Source: Lytechinus pictus
Lineage: Eukaryota
Assembly: GCF_037042905.1 (NCBI RefSeq)
Contig: NC_087250.1
Coordinates: 7,132,001 to 7,196,000, forward strand
Reading direction: 5' to 3'
DNA length: 64,000 nucleotides
Made by a program: the position numbers and the translations under genes. Below are positions 1 to 60,474 of this stretch, in pieces (the stretch's first letter is position 1; each line of letters opens with the position of its first letter). Under the pieces are notes generated by a model. It had not been told where the DNA came from. It saw nothing but the letters and a program-made list of their open reading frames with translations, and ran no database searches.

Positions 1-2344
1 GAGGTCCATTACATGATTTATTGGTATTTACACCGAGTTCTCAAATAATGGTACAAGATTTTAGAAAAGAAGTTTTGAGTGTCATCTCGTGTACATCAAA
101 TCTTAGCAAATGTTAAAAAGTTTCTGAAATGTCAATACTGTGAAAGTGTATGCACTTCATTAAACGTGGACATCCCGGAGATTTCTTCCAAAAGAGCGAC
201 CCATTTCAGCGGCACATCCCCGTATACCTTATTTCGTAAGGCCCCCCCCCCCTTTCCTGGCTCTAATTGTATTCAAAATTTTCTGAACTCTAAGATATTT
301 GACTTGCACGTAATTAATTTCCTCGTAATTTTTCTCTTATGGCTCGACCGTATTGATCTTTTATTTTCACTTTGCCGATACCATAATAAGACTCGTGACG
401 TGAAACGAAAATGTGTAGATTACCGTTGACCTATTATCTAAAAGTCAGATCCGACTTGAAGAGAAGCGATTATCACATAAAGGGTCGTAATCAGTCATGC
501 ATTAAAGTTTTATATCTACCGGTATTAGAAATATGTATTTGTACCCGACTTTGTTACATTTCTCTTAATGCTGGCTTCCAATCGTAAAATTGTGAGTGGA
601 ATTGTTTTGCACCAAGTCCGGCTGCCTCCGACTGCACAAGCTTTGACCCCCGTTGACTACCGGTAGATCCACGGCCAACCGTCGCGACGCGTCGTCTCGA
701 CTCTACTGGGTATTGGAGAAGTACCAGGCCAGGGTCGAGTCACTTGTACAAGAGCAAGTTCTGCATTTGCCGGACTTTTGAAGAGCCTCTATTTTGAGGC
801 TCGGGTTGTGGAGTATGAATTTTTCGTTTGTTTGGTTCTCTGGTTATTTTATAATTTTTTTCTTTTACGGGCATTATCCCTTCTACTACCACAGTGCGCC
901 CCCACAAAAAAACTATACACTTTTGAAATGGCTGCCAAATAAAAAATATATCACTTTGGGGGGGAATACTTACATGTTATGGAAGCCATTAAAATCAACT
1001 TTCATATGACACCAAAAAGTTGAAATACTATCACGATTGAGCGAACACTGCCTACTGAAACAAACGGTATGATAATTATGCTGGGCTGGAATTAGCCTTC
1101 CATTTTTTGTCAGTTTTTGAGGGGCAAATCATTTGGCTTTGGAACTTGCAATGTTAAGGGCGTTGTGATAAATTATTGATCAACCAGTTATGAATGTTTA
1201 AGCAAGTTTCATGAATTATTAAATTGAACAAAAATTACACATAAATTACACAAAATTACACATCTTGGGCAACATTTCAACATTATCATGTGGCTCTCAG
1301 CAATGTGTTCATTGGAGTCAGGAAAATAGGGGGTGAGATTTGACGTAAGTGGGAGAAGTAGGTTGATGGAAAAAGGGTCAACAGAACATTTTAGCCCCCT
1401 CCCTGTCTCTCGCCCTCCCCTTCTGTTGAGTGACTGATTTTTATTGTCATGTACGCGTGAAGTCCAGAGCAGAATGTTAATTTAATTATAATGATAATTG
1501 GGGCATCAACTTTTCCTATCAATCAACAATTTATCAATAAATCAACTATTTCAATGGGCAATGTAATCAATCAAACATTCAGTTTTTCAATAAAGTATTT
1601 CATAAATTATAATCAAGTCAATTTCTTGGTAATCATTCAATAAAAAGGAAAAAAAATGACTATCAGCCACTGGTCACTTCAGTGGCAAATAAGTTTTGAA
1701 TAGGCTTCCATCCAGGAAGTGAGAGGGGTCTGGGAAATTGAGGGGGGGGTGGAGATACATACGAATTTTATTTGTAAAATGACAAAAAGATGATGAATGC
1801 CATTTCAACCAAGTCTTACCATATCTCGCCCTCTCGCTTGTAACAGGTACCATCACATTACTCCGACTCACAAAACACACTGCTTAGGTCTACAAGATGA
1901 ATAGGCTACACTAAATTTACAATTCCTGTTCACTCAACCATCATTCTTACAAGATTAAAAAATCATATTTGTTGGGGAAAATCCAGCATAAGTGTTACCT
2001 TCCCCTTAAAAATCCCAAACTTAGGATTTTTTTAAAGAAGTCACCATGCAATCAAATTTTGCCTCATTGTGATGTCAACCATACGATAAATAGACATAAG
2101 GAGAAAAATTCGTCCATAATTGACATCGTATACCATTATGTTACCTGGTTATTGATCATTCGTTCTCTGTATATGAGGTTCATGGGTCGAATCTCGAACC
2201 AACTAAAGAGAGTTACAGCTCCGTAATTAGCTTCAAGTAGAAGTTCGCCTTGGTGAGAAACACTCATGAAACTGTTCAGTCTAGGACCTACCTTTAATTT
2301 TCAAATGAAATTCAATCTCGACAAGCATGCCCCTTCCCCCACTG

Positions 2345-2965
2345 TCATGCCATCACAATCGCCATAATCATAATCATTGTAATCATCAAAACTAGGATTA
2401 TTATCATAATTAATCTCAGCACCTTCATCACTGTCATTATCCCCGTCATCATCATAAAACATTAATAAATTCATCATAAAACATTAATAAATCATCACCG
2501 CGGGCGGCGGAGCAGAGGATATATCCTTTGTTCATAGGGTGCATCATTATTGTCCCCCACAGCAAAATATTATCCTCTGATCATCACTATATTGCTACCA
2601 TAATCATCAATCTTGTCGTAATAAATATTCTCGTGATCAATTACGATCATTATTACCATCACCATTATAACAACATTATAATTATTATTATCACCATTCT
2701 TGTCATTGCCATCATCGTTGGGATTACAATCATAATCATCACCATTATCATAATCAGCCATCATTACCTTTCTTTTCGATGTCATCATCACGATCATAAT
2801 GTCTTTTTTTATTCACACATCATTATGTTTATAGATTAAAAAAAAAAAAAAAATTATTATCTTCATCATCATTACCACCGCTTTCATCCTCATCCTCCTT
2901 ATCCTTCTTCATTATCACCAACATCATTATTACCATCACCATTATATCATCCTCGATCATCATTC
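2345..2965. repeat. Degenerate (CAT/TAT)n low-complexity tract
   Basis: Seen directly. Confidence 0.85.
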
Positions 2966-3685
2966 CGTTTTCACAAATGCTGACTACTTGTAGTAGTTCC
3001 GTCATTGGACAATGTGGTTTGGGAGGATTCATTGGGGTCAAGAAAGCACAATTAGAGATTATCAGAGATCGTTGCGTAACTTCAGTTGAAACGGATTCTT
3101 CCTATTGTTAGTTGTTAATTGTAATTTTCACACCTTCTTTGTTCGCAACACGTGCGAGACGGTGTAGTTAATCGAACCCATTCAAGTCAATCCGGGGCAT
3201 TCACTTCAAAGGGACTTTAAGAGTTATCTTTCCTAAAACGAAGTAACTCAAGTGCATTGGGGTCTTGAGAATAATTTAAACAAATTCTTGACCACTACGA
3301 ACTACTCAAAGAACGAATAACAAAGGAGATTAAGAACTGAACATGACTGGGAAATGGGAATGGATGAGGATTTCAATAAGTTGTATGCATAAATACGAAT
3401 GCTAGTACCCATGATGAGCATTGGAGGACGCAGGGGGGGGGGGGGCACAGTCGGTCCATGCCCCCCATTTGAGAAGCAAAATAAAAATTTGTAATGTAAA
3501 AATGCAAGTCAATCTTTATCATTTCATAATTTCAAATCAATACTCGTTTCTTCATCATTTTGAGTTATTTTATGAAATATACAAGTAATTTGCTCAGCCA
3601 TTTCATGATATTAAGAGAAGTCATAACAAATATTGAATAATGAACATTGCTTTATCCAAGTTTCCATCCTCATGATTTTGCGTTC

Positions 3686-3856
3686 CTAATGCCTCGGTCA
3701 TATTTGCTCTACGGCGGCCGTACGGTGAGTCGGAAACACCTGTTTTATCCATTTTTATTCAGACCACGTGTTTGTAGCTATTACAAAAAAAATGTTAAAA
3801 CGGTTGTTTTTTACTCGCCGCACGGCCGTCATAGAGCAAAAATGACCGAGGTAAGG
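3686..3856. mobile_element. Short palindromic MITE (second copy at ~4508-4667)
   Basis: Inverted TTTGCTCTA.GGCGGCCGTACGG.GAGT arms in both copies. Confidence 0.65.
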
Positions 3857-5139
3857 TCAGGGAATGTTGCAGGAGTTCACCCCCCCTCCACTTAGATAAA
3901 AAAAAATTTGCTTGTAATTTTTTTTGTTATGAAAAGACCTAATGGGGGGGGGGGGGAGTGAAAACCTCTGTCAAATTTTCATTGAACTCGAACTCTACCT
4001 TTCAAAAATTCTGCGTACGCTACTGCAAAAGCTAGAGCTATTGGAGCTATACGTAGCGTAAAGAGAATTTTGTTTCATAGCGGCAAAGCTCTGCCTCAAG
4101 TACCTTGTATTGTGTATGCTTGCGCGCACATGGTATCTATTAAACTGATTTTAAGCGTGCGGGTATACTGCAAGAACGATACTGAGTCGTGACTAAACTT
4201 TTCTGAGGACTAATTCGGAGGAATCACGTACCAGTGACAATGCGGCCGTATTTGTCAGCGCTTTTGGAATTATTATAGGCACGGTTGTAGTCACATCTTC
4301 AGGAGCGAACAGAGCTCTGCAAGCTGATTCAGTGGGTCCAGCGCCTGTAGACGTTGTGCGCAGTCGCCGCGGTTGATCGAACGCTTTGACGGATCGCATT
4401 TTACTTCCGCTGGTAGCCAAAACAAAATTCATTTCCCTTTCCATCTTTGTCAGGAATTTACGGGAATTATATACATATTTTTGGAAGCTCACATCATCAG
4501 GTACTAATACCTTGGTCACATTTGCTCTAGGGCGGCCGTACGGCGAGTCAAATGCAGCCGTTTTATTCATTTTTATACAAACCACATTATGTAGCTCGTA
4601 CATAAAATGTTAAAACGGCTGTTATTGACTCGCCGTACGGCCGCCCTAGAGCAAATGTGACGAAGGTGTAAGCATGAATAAGCGATTCGCCGGAGCAAAA
4701 TGTTTGCGTCCAGGTTCTTGTCCCTTTGAATACTTGTCACGCCTTCCAACCAATTAGTTACGGCACACATCGTCATTCATTATACTAGTAGTTGCACCCT
4801 CACAACATTTCACGGCAAACAATTGAGGTAAGGAACTTCTCTACACGCGCCAATAAATTCCTCTAGGCTTGCCAGCCCAATGCCCGGGAACAATAGAAGT
4901 GCCAGAACGCGACTGCACGGGCTCGTTATGTCACTCCGCGATGATCGCAAGGGTGCTCTATTGATATGCAAATTCAACCTCATTAACTTCGTGGCGTGCA
5001 AGCCCGTGCATGAAAAGTAATGAGGGCGTGCAAACGCGTTTGCACACCCCTCCCGGATATTGACGTCCCGCCTTAAATATTAATCACTGATATTGCAAGT
5101 TGAATATCACTTGCATGTCAACACTTAAGTCACACTTAA

Positions 5140-5742
5140 AGGACAAGTCCACCCTAACAAAAACTTGATTTGAATAAAAAGAGAAAAATTCAACAAGCAT
5201 AACACTGAAAATTTCATCAAAATCGGATGTAAAATAAGAAAGTTATGACATTTTAAAGTTTCACTTAATTTCACAAAACAGTTCTATGCACATCTCGGTC
5301 GGTATGCAAATGAGGGAACTGATGACATCACTCACTCACTATTTCTTATGTATTTTATTATATGAAATATGAAATATTTTGATTTTCTCGTCATTGTCAT
5401 GTGAAATGAAGTTTCATTCCTCCCTGAAAACATGGAATTCCATTATTTTAACATTTTGTGCTTCAGGCAAGGAGGTCCTAATCATCAAATTCGTAAAAAT
5501 TGAAATATTGTATAATTCAAACAATGAAAAACAAAAGAAATAGTGAGTGAGTGACATCATCAACTCTCTCATTTGGATGTAACTGGCTCGTTTGTATAAC
5601 TATTTTGTTAAAAATAAGCGAAACTTTGAAATGTCATAACTTTTTTATTTTACATCCGATTTTGATGAAATTTTCAGCATTGTGCTTGTCTGATTTTTTT
5701 CTATTGATTCAAATCAACATTTTTCTGAGGTGGACTCGACCT
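5140..5742. mobile_element. ~600-bp TTAA-target MITE (Kolobok-like)
   Basis: TTAA|AGGACAAGTCCACC...GGTGGACTCGACCT with long internal inverted arms. Related copies at 18032-18636; fragments near 13180-13715, 19310-19498 and 26100-26352. Confidence 0.85.
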
Positions 5743-5954
5743 TAAATTCTTTGTAAAACACTTCCCAGATCAGGAGGCATGCAAAATATCTCAAATATGC
5801 CTTTGAGTACGATAGCAGTATCTTAAATTCAAGAAAACATTTGCAACCAACGCTAAATACTATCCTGTTTTTCCTTTGTATCAACTCTTTCATTAGCTCT
5901 GCAGTGGCAGATCATGTCATGGGTTGGCTTCAGCCTTCCATGCTGGAAAGTTCA

Positions 5955-7120
5955 GTATCACACAGTGTTATTTACAGTGTGTTCACCATGTGTTCACTGT
6001 GTGTTTACAGTGTGTTCACAGTGTATTCACAGTGTGTTGTCAGTGTGTTCAGTGTGTTCAAAGCACGTTCACAGCGTGTTCACAGTTTGTTCACAGTGTG
6101 TTCAAAATTAGTTCACAATGTGTAACTATCGTGTTCACAGTGTATAGTGTGTTCATTGTATGTTCAGTGTATTTACAGTTTGTTTACAATGTGTTCTAAG
6201 TTTATCAACAGTGTGTTCACACTCTGTTCACAGTGTATTACCAGTGTGTTCAGGGTATGTTCACAGTGTGTTCAATGTGTTCACAGTGTGTTTACGGTGT
6301 AGTAACCTGACTGTAAGTGACACTCAACTTTTTGTGAAACATTTACCTGATCGGTTGGCATTAACAAAAATCTAAAATAGTGGTATTTTTGAGCCCAGAA
6401 TACATCTGCAACAAGCACTGATTTTATCCTGTTTTTCCCTCTGAATCATTCCTTTCATTAGCTTTGCAGTGGCAGATCATATTATCGGTTGGCTTCAGTC
6501 TTCCATGCGGGAAAGAGCACAATGTCCCATTGTTTGTTTGCATCGTGTTCACAGTGTGTTCCCAATGCATTCACAGTGTATTCACAGTGTGTTCCCAATG
6601 TGTTCACAGTGTGTTTACATAGTGTTAACAGTGATCATATTATCAGTTGGCTTCCACCTTTCATGCTGGAAAGAGCACAATGTCCCATTGTTTGTTTGCA
6701 TCGTGTTCACAGTGTGTTCCCAATGTGTTCACAGTGTATTCACAGTGTGTTCCCAATGCATTCACAGTGTATTCACAGTGTGTTCCCAATGCACTCACAG
6801 TGTATTCACAGTGTGTTCCCAATGTGTTCACAGTGTGTTTACATAGTGTTAACAGTGATCATATTATCTGTTGGCTTCCACCTTTCATGCTGGAAAGAGC
6901 AGTGTTCCACAGCTTTGCATTGTGTCCACAATGTGTTTACATTGTGTACACAGTGTGTTCCCAATGCATTCAGTGTATTTACAGTGTGTTGTCAATGTGT
7001 TCATAGTGTGTTCACAATGTGTTCACAGTGTGCTTACATAGTGTTAACAGTGGCGTTCACAGTGTTATATACATAGTCCACTGTGAAAACACACTGAGAA
7101 CACTCACACTGTATAGGTGT
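5955..7120. repeat. Minisatellite of ~11-bp units (TGTGTTCACAG) with larger internal duplications
   Basis: Dozens of degenerate gtgttcaca(g/a)t units; it explains the Cys/Val/His-rich ORFs here. Confidence 0.92.
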
Positions 7121-8483
7121 CCAGTGTGAAGTTTTCTTAATATTTTAAGTTTGAGCATTAAAACAGTGTGATTCAAATTTTTACTCAGTCAACTACGTAA
7201 ACAAACTGTGAACACCCACACTGTAGAGTTGTTCACAATGTGAAATTTCTGAAATTATCTTCACAATGTAAAATCTTACAATTTTACGCGTGAATCGCAT
7301 CTTTACATACATGTAGTCCACCATGTGGACACACTGCAAACTACCACACTGTATAGGTGCCCACAGTGTGAAATTTCTGAAATTATCTTCCCATTGTTAA
7401 AATTCAGCATTTTAGGTGTGAATCTTTTCTTCACATAGTCCATCATGGGCAATCCCATAAAATATGTACGTCCGACCCCTATATGTCGGACCATCAAGAA
7501 ATTTTTTGTCTGATTTTTTGTTCTTATGAAGTCTGCAATGTTGTCAAAGGACCATGACTTGGTCAGTTTATAAGGTGAAGGCTTGAGACTTGACGTACAG
7601 AAAGGTTGATTATTTTATGGAATTGCCCTCATGTCAACATACTGTAGAGGTGTCCACAGTGTAAAATTATTTCACATTGCTACCTTTGGTCATTTTAAGT
7701 GTAACATCTCAAGCACATAGTCCACCTTGTGCACACCTTCCCATTTTAACAGTGTGAGTCACTTTCCCACATAGTAAACTACATGTATTAAAGTGAATAC
7801 ACCGTGACATTCACACATTAAGCCCCCATCACACTTACTTCGAATCAAGCAGAATTGGCCAGAATGAAAGGACTATTGATCGACCACCAGTTGGTCATTT
7901 AAATCTACTTCGATCACCGTACAAAAATACTCCTCAATTGTTTTGAACATGACCAAAACCTTCGGGACGGCCAAAAGAAATGACAAAAATATTTCAAATG
8001 CAGTCAGAATATTTAGAATGCGCCTAGAATGACCAAGAATGTAGCACAAATTATCAATCTGACTCCATTGCGGTTCATTTTGACTAGTGTATGATGATTC
8101 ACCTGGTCAATTTACTGAATTTCAACTCCAGTTTGGTGAATTCATAAGTTCCTCCCAAAAATTTCTAGATTTTTTAAATAACTGAATACAATGGTGAGGG
8201 TACGCTAACACACAACGCTATGGCATCAGACTTTTTTGTTAGACGCATTTCAGCATGAGCGGGACTTGAACCCCTCACATTGAGATCTACGATCTTATTC
8301 AAAACATGCGATCTAACCGAAAGAGCTACGCTGCCTCCCTCATCAATTTGGAATATATAAACAAATTTTTTTGAAAATCATTTATATTAGTTTGTGCGAC
8401 ATACATTTCAACAACCAATCAACCAAGTTAGATATCAAATGTGACTCTCTTTTGCTTCAGAAAATTGATAATCAGTTACTTAC

Positions 8484-55003
<46,520 letters not shown>

Positions 55004-55353
55004 GCTATTTCAGATGCTACCTCATCAGAAAATCTGGAGAGAAAGGACAGAGATCTATAAGAGTGAAAATGAGTTTGTTGGTTGGTTAGATACATAAGAA
55101 ATACACTTGACATTTCAAATCAATTAGTAATTTGTAACAGAAAGTACAACAAATAATATAATTAGGAAAATTAAATTAAATAATGGTGATAACTTGCTTC
55201 ATATTATCTACACAAATTCGATGTATTCTCCAAAATTCAATTCAAAATAACATTGCTTCTTTTAATTCTACAGTTTGCTACCATTATCCTGAGGGGCCAT
55301 GTTCACAATAATACTACGATGCAAGAAAGAAACTACACGTATTAATGTTATAC

Positions 55354-56206
55354 CATGGACCTATTACGAATGGACATTCAACGAATCCCCTCCTTTGACA
55401 CAGAGACCGTCGCCGCTAATCCTTTTATAAACAGAGCGCTGGCAGCTGACACCCATCAAGCCGGTCGTAAAAAACGCTCTCACCATGCTCTCACTGATGG
55501 ACAGCGGAAATCAATTGTACGCTGCTCCTACACATTGCGATGTTGTTCGTTCACTTTATCAACAGCAACGCACAGCAGCGAACGTTAGCGCTATGAAAAT
55601 GATAGCAGAAACAAGAAAACAGGCGTGCATAAACGTATTTTTTACGTACATCGCTAACAACCGGAAATGAAATGCATTGACATCACCTTGCAGATCCGTA
55701 TATCTATGGCAAAAAAGCACTTGAAATTCGACGAAAAAATCTGCGGAAAAACGTTAAAATTTCATCTTTTTCGGACAGTATTGATGTCGATAGTAGCGCT
55801 TACCTTCGGTCAGAAGTTGATTTTCATTTGGGCATAAAATTCCACAGGATTGATGAATTTAACAGGATTTTTTTTTGATGGACAGACGACAATCGCACAT
55901 TATAGACAGCCTAAAATAATGTACTGAAAAACCGGATATGAATTGCGCATTGCATTCTAGGTAATGTAGGGACTTTCCCTTTTGGCAATCTGGGCTAAAA
56001 CATGACCGCCTTTGGTCGAAAGAGGGCCAGTGATCGATCGGTGACGATCAGTGGGCGAAAGGAGCTTGTGTAAACAATCGCCCCGGGCGGTGGTCGTAAA
56101 AACCGCGTAAAGAGAAAGTTAAGGGTTAGACAGCGATTTTGACAGCTGGAAACAGGTGGTGGTCATAAAATACTCTCGTTGAATGTCCATTCGTAATAGG
56201 TCCATG
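55354..56206. mobile_element. 853-bp MITE, P-element-like
   Basis: Perfect 31-bp TIR CATGGACCTATTACGAATGGACATTCAACGA; perfect 7-bp TSD GTTATAC. Confidence 0.88.
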
Positions 56207-57263
56207 GTTATACAAACAATCAAACATGCGTACATAAATAATAACATTTTATTTTGTCAGAAATATTGGATAGGGATGTCATACAATGTAGGGTAGGCCA
56301 AAACATATTTGCACCCAGTCTTAAAGTGGGTCAAAAAAAGATATTACTTTATTAAATTTCATGAATGTAGAAAGCATTGAAATTGGCTTCGCGGTCTGCA
56401 TTATAGGGTTGAAGGGGGATTTACAATGTACCTTGTCAACGTATCCTGAAGAAAAAAAATATGTGTGAATGCCCAAGGTTCACTTATCTTTAGATGCACC
56501 CATTAAATGTTTGTTAGACCCCCCTTGATGCTATTTTCACCATTTATATTAAGCTTAGAAATTGCCCATGCATGGCTTCTCTTTGTGATAAATCTATACA
56601 ATGTCAACAAAAGACCCCATTCGCACTGTAGACTATACACAAAGCATAGAAATGAAGGAGTCTTTTACACTGGAAAAACTATGGGTACTCATGAAAAACA
56701 GCCACGTGTAAAATAATCACATGCATGAGTGCATGCATGATCTTTCATACATTGTAAACTTATCTCCATTCATACCATACATTACCGGTATACAAAAAAC
56801 ACAGAAATAGAGAAATTATTTACACTACAAAAACAATATGCATACTCATAAAAAACAGCATGTGCATGTCAAATTATTAAATGCATGAGAGAATGATCTT
56901 TCGAATTCAAACGGACTCTAATCCTTCACAATACATGTGTTGTTCATTTTAACAATGTGCACAGGAAAGTGCCTGTATCAAACCATGAAATCGTCATGCA
57001 TGGTTATTGGCATTTATCATTGATCATCAATTTACAAATTAAATGGACGACTAAACTTCCAAATTCTTCCAATAATAAAAATAAAATTCTGCTTTTATGT
57101 CTGAACCACACAACTTCGAACTTTAACGGTTAGTTCAATGCATGTACTTTTTCCACTCCCTAGGGAGCATTCCGACAAACATTTGAAAAATAAATTGCTA
57201 AGGCTTAGAATACTTAGCCTAACACATTTAATCAGGAACCTGAATCTCAGTGTCACCCCAGAA

Positions 57264-58137
57264 GGGCCGTCTGCACCATCCCGAGTTTTCAAATTAGCGC
57301 GCTATTTCTGATCCGGCAAATTATCCCGATCTGAAAAATCTCGAGATAGTTGGCGGTGCAGACGCAATTATCGCGCTAGTTCGTAGGATTAATCTCGAGA
57401 TTGCAATCCCAAGTCAACTCGGGTTTATTTGCAAAATAGCGCGCTATTTTACGAATTATCCCGCTAATTCGTCGGTGCAGACGCACTCGAGATTGGACTC
57501 GGGGTAATTTATTCATGACGTCAGTCCATAATGCAATTCGCGTTCCACTTCCGCCTTGGTCAAAACAAAAACACGTGCGAAAGTCAACTTTATACATGCG
57601 AATAGCGTTCATAAGCAACGATGGTGTCCCACCAGTGAATGGATTTGGGAGAGACCAGACCGAAGGGGGAGGCGCTCATCGACGATGGTCATATTCAATA
57701 ACAACACTGACAGCAGTGTTGTCTTATTCCTTCGCAAAATGTGAGCAAATAGCATTTCTTTCCTCCTTCTCTCCCTCTCTCCCCCTCTGTCGTTGCCTCC
57801 TACTCCGCCATCATATTTAACGAAGAATACATCACTTCTTCACTCGCTGAGCTGAGAGGATTGTTGCATAACACCGGTTGAATTCGGCGAAAGTGCTAGT
57901 GAAAGGAGTACATTGCTTGCATATCGCGGGAAGTTATTCAAAAGCGCGGGCCGTTGAAACTCCAAGATCCGAAAGTGCGCATGCTCGTAATATCGGGCTT
58001 GTTGCCTCGCTCGAGCAGATATAGCTCTTCGTGGGATGGTGCAGACGGGGTTTCTTGAATCTCGAGATTAATCGCGAAGAGGGCTGATCGGGCTAAAATC
58101 TCGAGATTGAGCAAACTCGGGATGGTGCAGCACCGCC
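57264..58137 (+). mobile_element. PIF/Harbinger-like non-autonomous element
   Basis: Inverted CTGCACCATCCCGAGTTT near both ends. It interrupts a MITE whose intact relative lies at ~49520-49960. Confidence 0.72.
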
Positions 58138-58689
58138 TACTGAGATTGTTCCCATAGCAACAAGATCGCTTTACGTGAAGTGATTTTGAAAACCACTTTC
58201 AGGTGACCAAATGGGAATGCTAGCAAAGCGATCTTCCAAACTGGTTTCCTGAACCAGTTTCCAGTAAACTAGTTTTAGAAAAATAACAGGGTCTTAGACA
58301 CTTATGACAGAAGTTTGATATCATGAAAAAGATTGTAGGCCCAATAGTAATTCACTTAGTTTTTTTTTTTACCTCTAGTGTAAATGCTCCAATCTGACCA
58401 CAGGTGGATATTTTAGGGGGTTTCCCCTATTTAGCTCAAAAAGGTCACAAATCTAATTGATCCTGTATGGAAACCTTAGGTAGGAGATAATCCGAAGGCC
58501 CTTACACAAAAAAAACTATTGAAATTTAAAAAGGGATTTTCAAACTAATCCTTCCTCATTGCCAATGAGGAAGCTGGGTTGGGAGTATTAGGGTCTAAGC
58601 TGGTATCTGATGGAGATTGACACTAAAAACCATTAAATCAAATTTTGAACAATATTTAAAAAAATCCTGAATTGAATGTATAGTCAATA

Positions 58690-59056
58690 GGGCCGTCTGC
58701 ACCAGCCAGAGTTTTCGAATTAGTGCACTATTTCTGATCCGGCAAATCATCCCGATCTGAACAATCTCTGGATTATTTGTAATGGAGACGCAATTATCGC
58801 GCTAGTTCACTGGATTATAATCTCGAGATTATTTGCAAAATATCGCGCTATTTTACAAATTATCCCGCTAATTCCAAGTGCAGACGCACTCGGTTAATTT
58901 ATTCACGGCGTCGGAATATAATGCATCGATGCCTCGCTCGAGCAAGAATTGCGATGGTGGAGACGGGTTTTTTTTTAATCTCTAGATTAATCGCAAAGAG
59001 GGCCGATCGGGCTAAAATCTCGAGATTGAGCAAACTCGGTCTGGTGCAGCACCGCC
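58690..59056 (+). mobile_element. Internally deleted copy of the 57264-58137 element
   Basis: Shares both ends and lacks ~500 bp of the interior. Confidence 0.75.
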
Positions 59057-59659
59057 TAATGATTAACAAGTATCGCGAACGTATTCTTTCTCAATAAACC
59101 ACCACCCCCGTCTCTCTCTCTCTCTATCTCCCCCCCCACCCTCTCTCTCTACCTACTTTTCTTACTCCCCCCCCCATCACATTCACTTAATTTGTTATTA
59201 AAAAATATTACAACTATCAACATTCCACTGTCATACTCTCAAATAAATTTTGAATAAATCCAGTGATAATTTATATCTAGACTGGATTGAAAATTGCAAT
59301 TCATTGATTTTCAACTGTATGTTAAACAAGCTCCCTCTCTGAAAAGTAGCTTCAATTGAAATCAATTCAAATTCAGTTTATTACACTACAAAACAGGGAA
59401 TATTGGTACAAGTTAATGTATGCTTGTTGGATTCGCACATTAGTGGTGAATAGCAAACATTTATCAAACACTCTGTCTTAAAATACAAGATAGATTCCTC
59501 TCCCTTTTAACACTGGAGAGGTCCAAGATACAACACATCTATTCAAATATTGACCATTATACATTGATCTATTTACCTCCTTAAGAAACCAGTAGGGGTG
59601 CGTGTGTGCCCCCCCCCCCCCAACCTCTTAAGACTCTGAGCAAGTAGAACATCTCTCAC

Positions 59660-59770
59660 CTTTCATCTTCTTCCAAAGTATCACTCTTGTAGAGCATATT
59701 AAGCATAACTTTTGGACATCACTTCTGAAAATTCATCCTTTGGTGTTTTTCATGTTGCCTTGTGCAATAG
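59660..59770 (-). other. Candidate non-coding first exon of the LRR gene (5' boundary unknown)
   Basis: Strong donor AAG|GTGAGA at ~59660 in non-repetitive sequence. Coding exon 1 has an acceptor and so needs an upstream exon. No other support. Confidence 0.25.
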
Positions 59771-60317
59771 TCTCTTTCTCTCCTCTTTCTTTCTCAGCCC
59801 CCCCCCCCCCCTTGCCTCCCTCCCTTTCTCCCTCTCTCTCCCTCTCAACCCCTCTCTCCCTCGCAATGTATTACTTTGTTCTGCAGAAAACTTTTTTTTC
59901 TTTGTTTCATCACGTTTACGTTCTGAAAGACATTTATTTCTACGACCAACAAAATATTGCTTGAGAGAGCCAGTGTGGTTTGAACTAAACATCTTAAATG
60001 TTTCTTAGACAAAAAGGTGTCCATCAAACCCAGCCGATAAATTTCTAACAACTATCACTTGTTTGCACCAAGCTCTTAAAAATACAAAGCGTTTGCTACA
60101 AGTATTTGCCGATAAGATTTGTTACTGAAGCATTCAGGGGTTGAATAAATATACTTGTCAAACTTTTTTCCTAATGGAGGTAGGAGAGAAGAATAATTTC
60201 AGTATCCTAGCTATACCTGTATTGGAAGGAATAAATTTTGGCTTTAAACTCATATATTAGAGATCTGAGCACTTTAGGATTTGAAAATTATCTGCTTTCA
60301 GTTTCACACCTAAAATT

Positions 60318-60474
60318 CAGTGGCCGCGGAAGCGGGGGATGGGCTGGGGGGCTTCAGCCCCCCCCCCCACACTTTTTCCCAAAACCATGTACAAAAACGT
60401 AAAAATGACCATATGATTGTGATTTTTTGCATGGTCAGCCCCCCCCCACTTTGTAAACCGTTCCGCGGCCCCTG
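60318..60474. mobile_element. Short hAT-like MITE
   Basis: TIR CAG(T/G)GGCCGCGGAA; AAATT on both flanks. Confidence 0.65.

Noticed and set aside
889..915. CACAGTG followed by ACAAAAAAA (RSS- or Transib-like end)
   Set aside because: The spacer is only 7 bp, and I found no matching inverted end with a TSD.
2528..3041. His/Ile/Asp-rich ORFs
   Set aside because: They come from degenerate (CAT)n low-complexity DNA.
5841..7076. Cys/His/Val-rich ORFs that could look like metal-binding proteins
   Set aside because: They are translations of an 11-bp minisatellite, open in several frames at once.
5955..7400. Many CACAGTG heptamers resembling RAG recombination signal sequences
   Set aside because: They are a by-product of the satellite unit. 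I saw no ACAAAAACC nonamer at 12/23 spacing.
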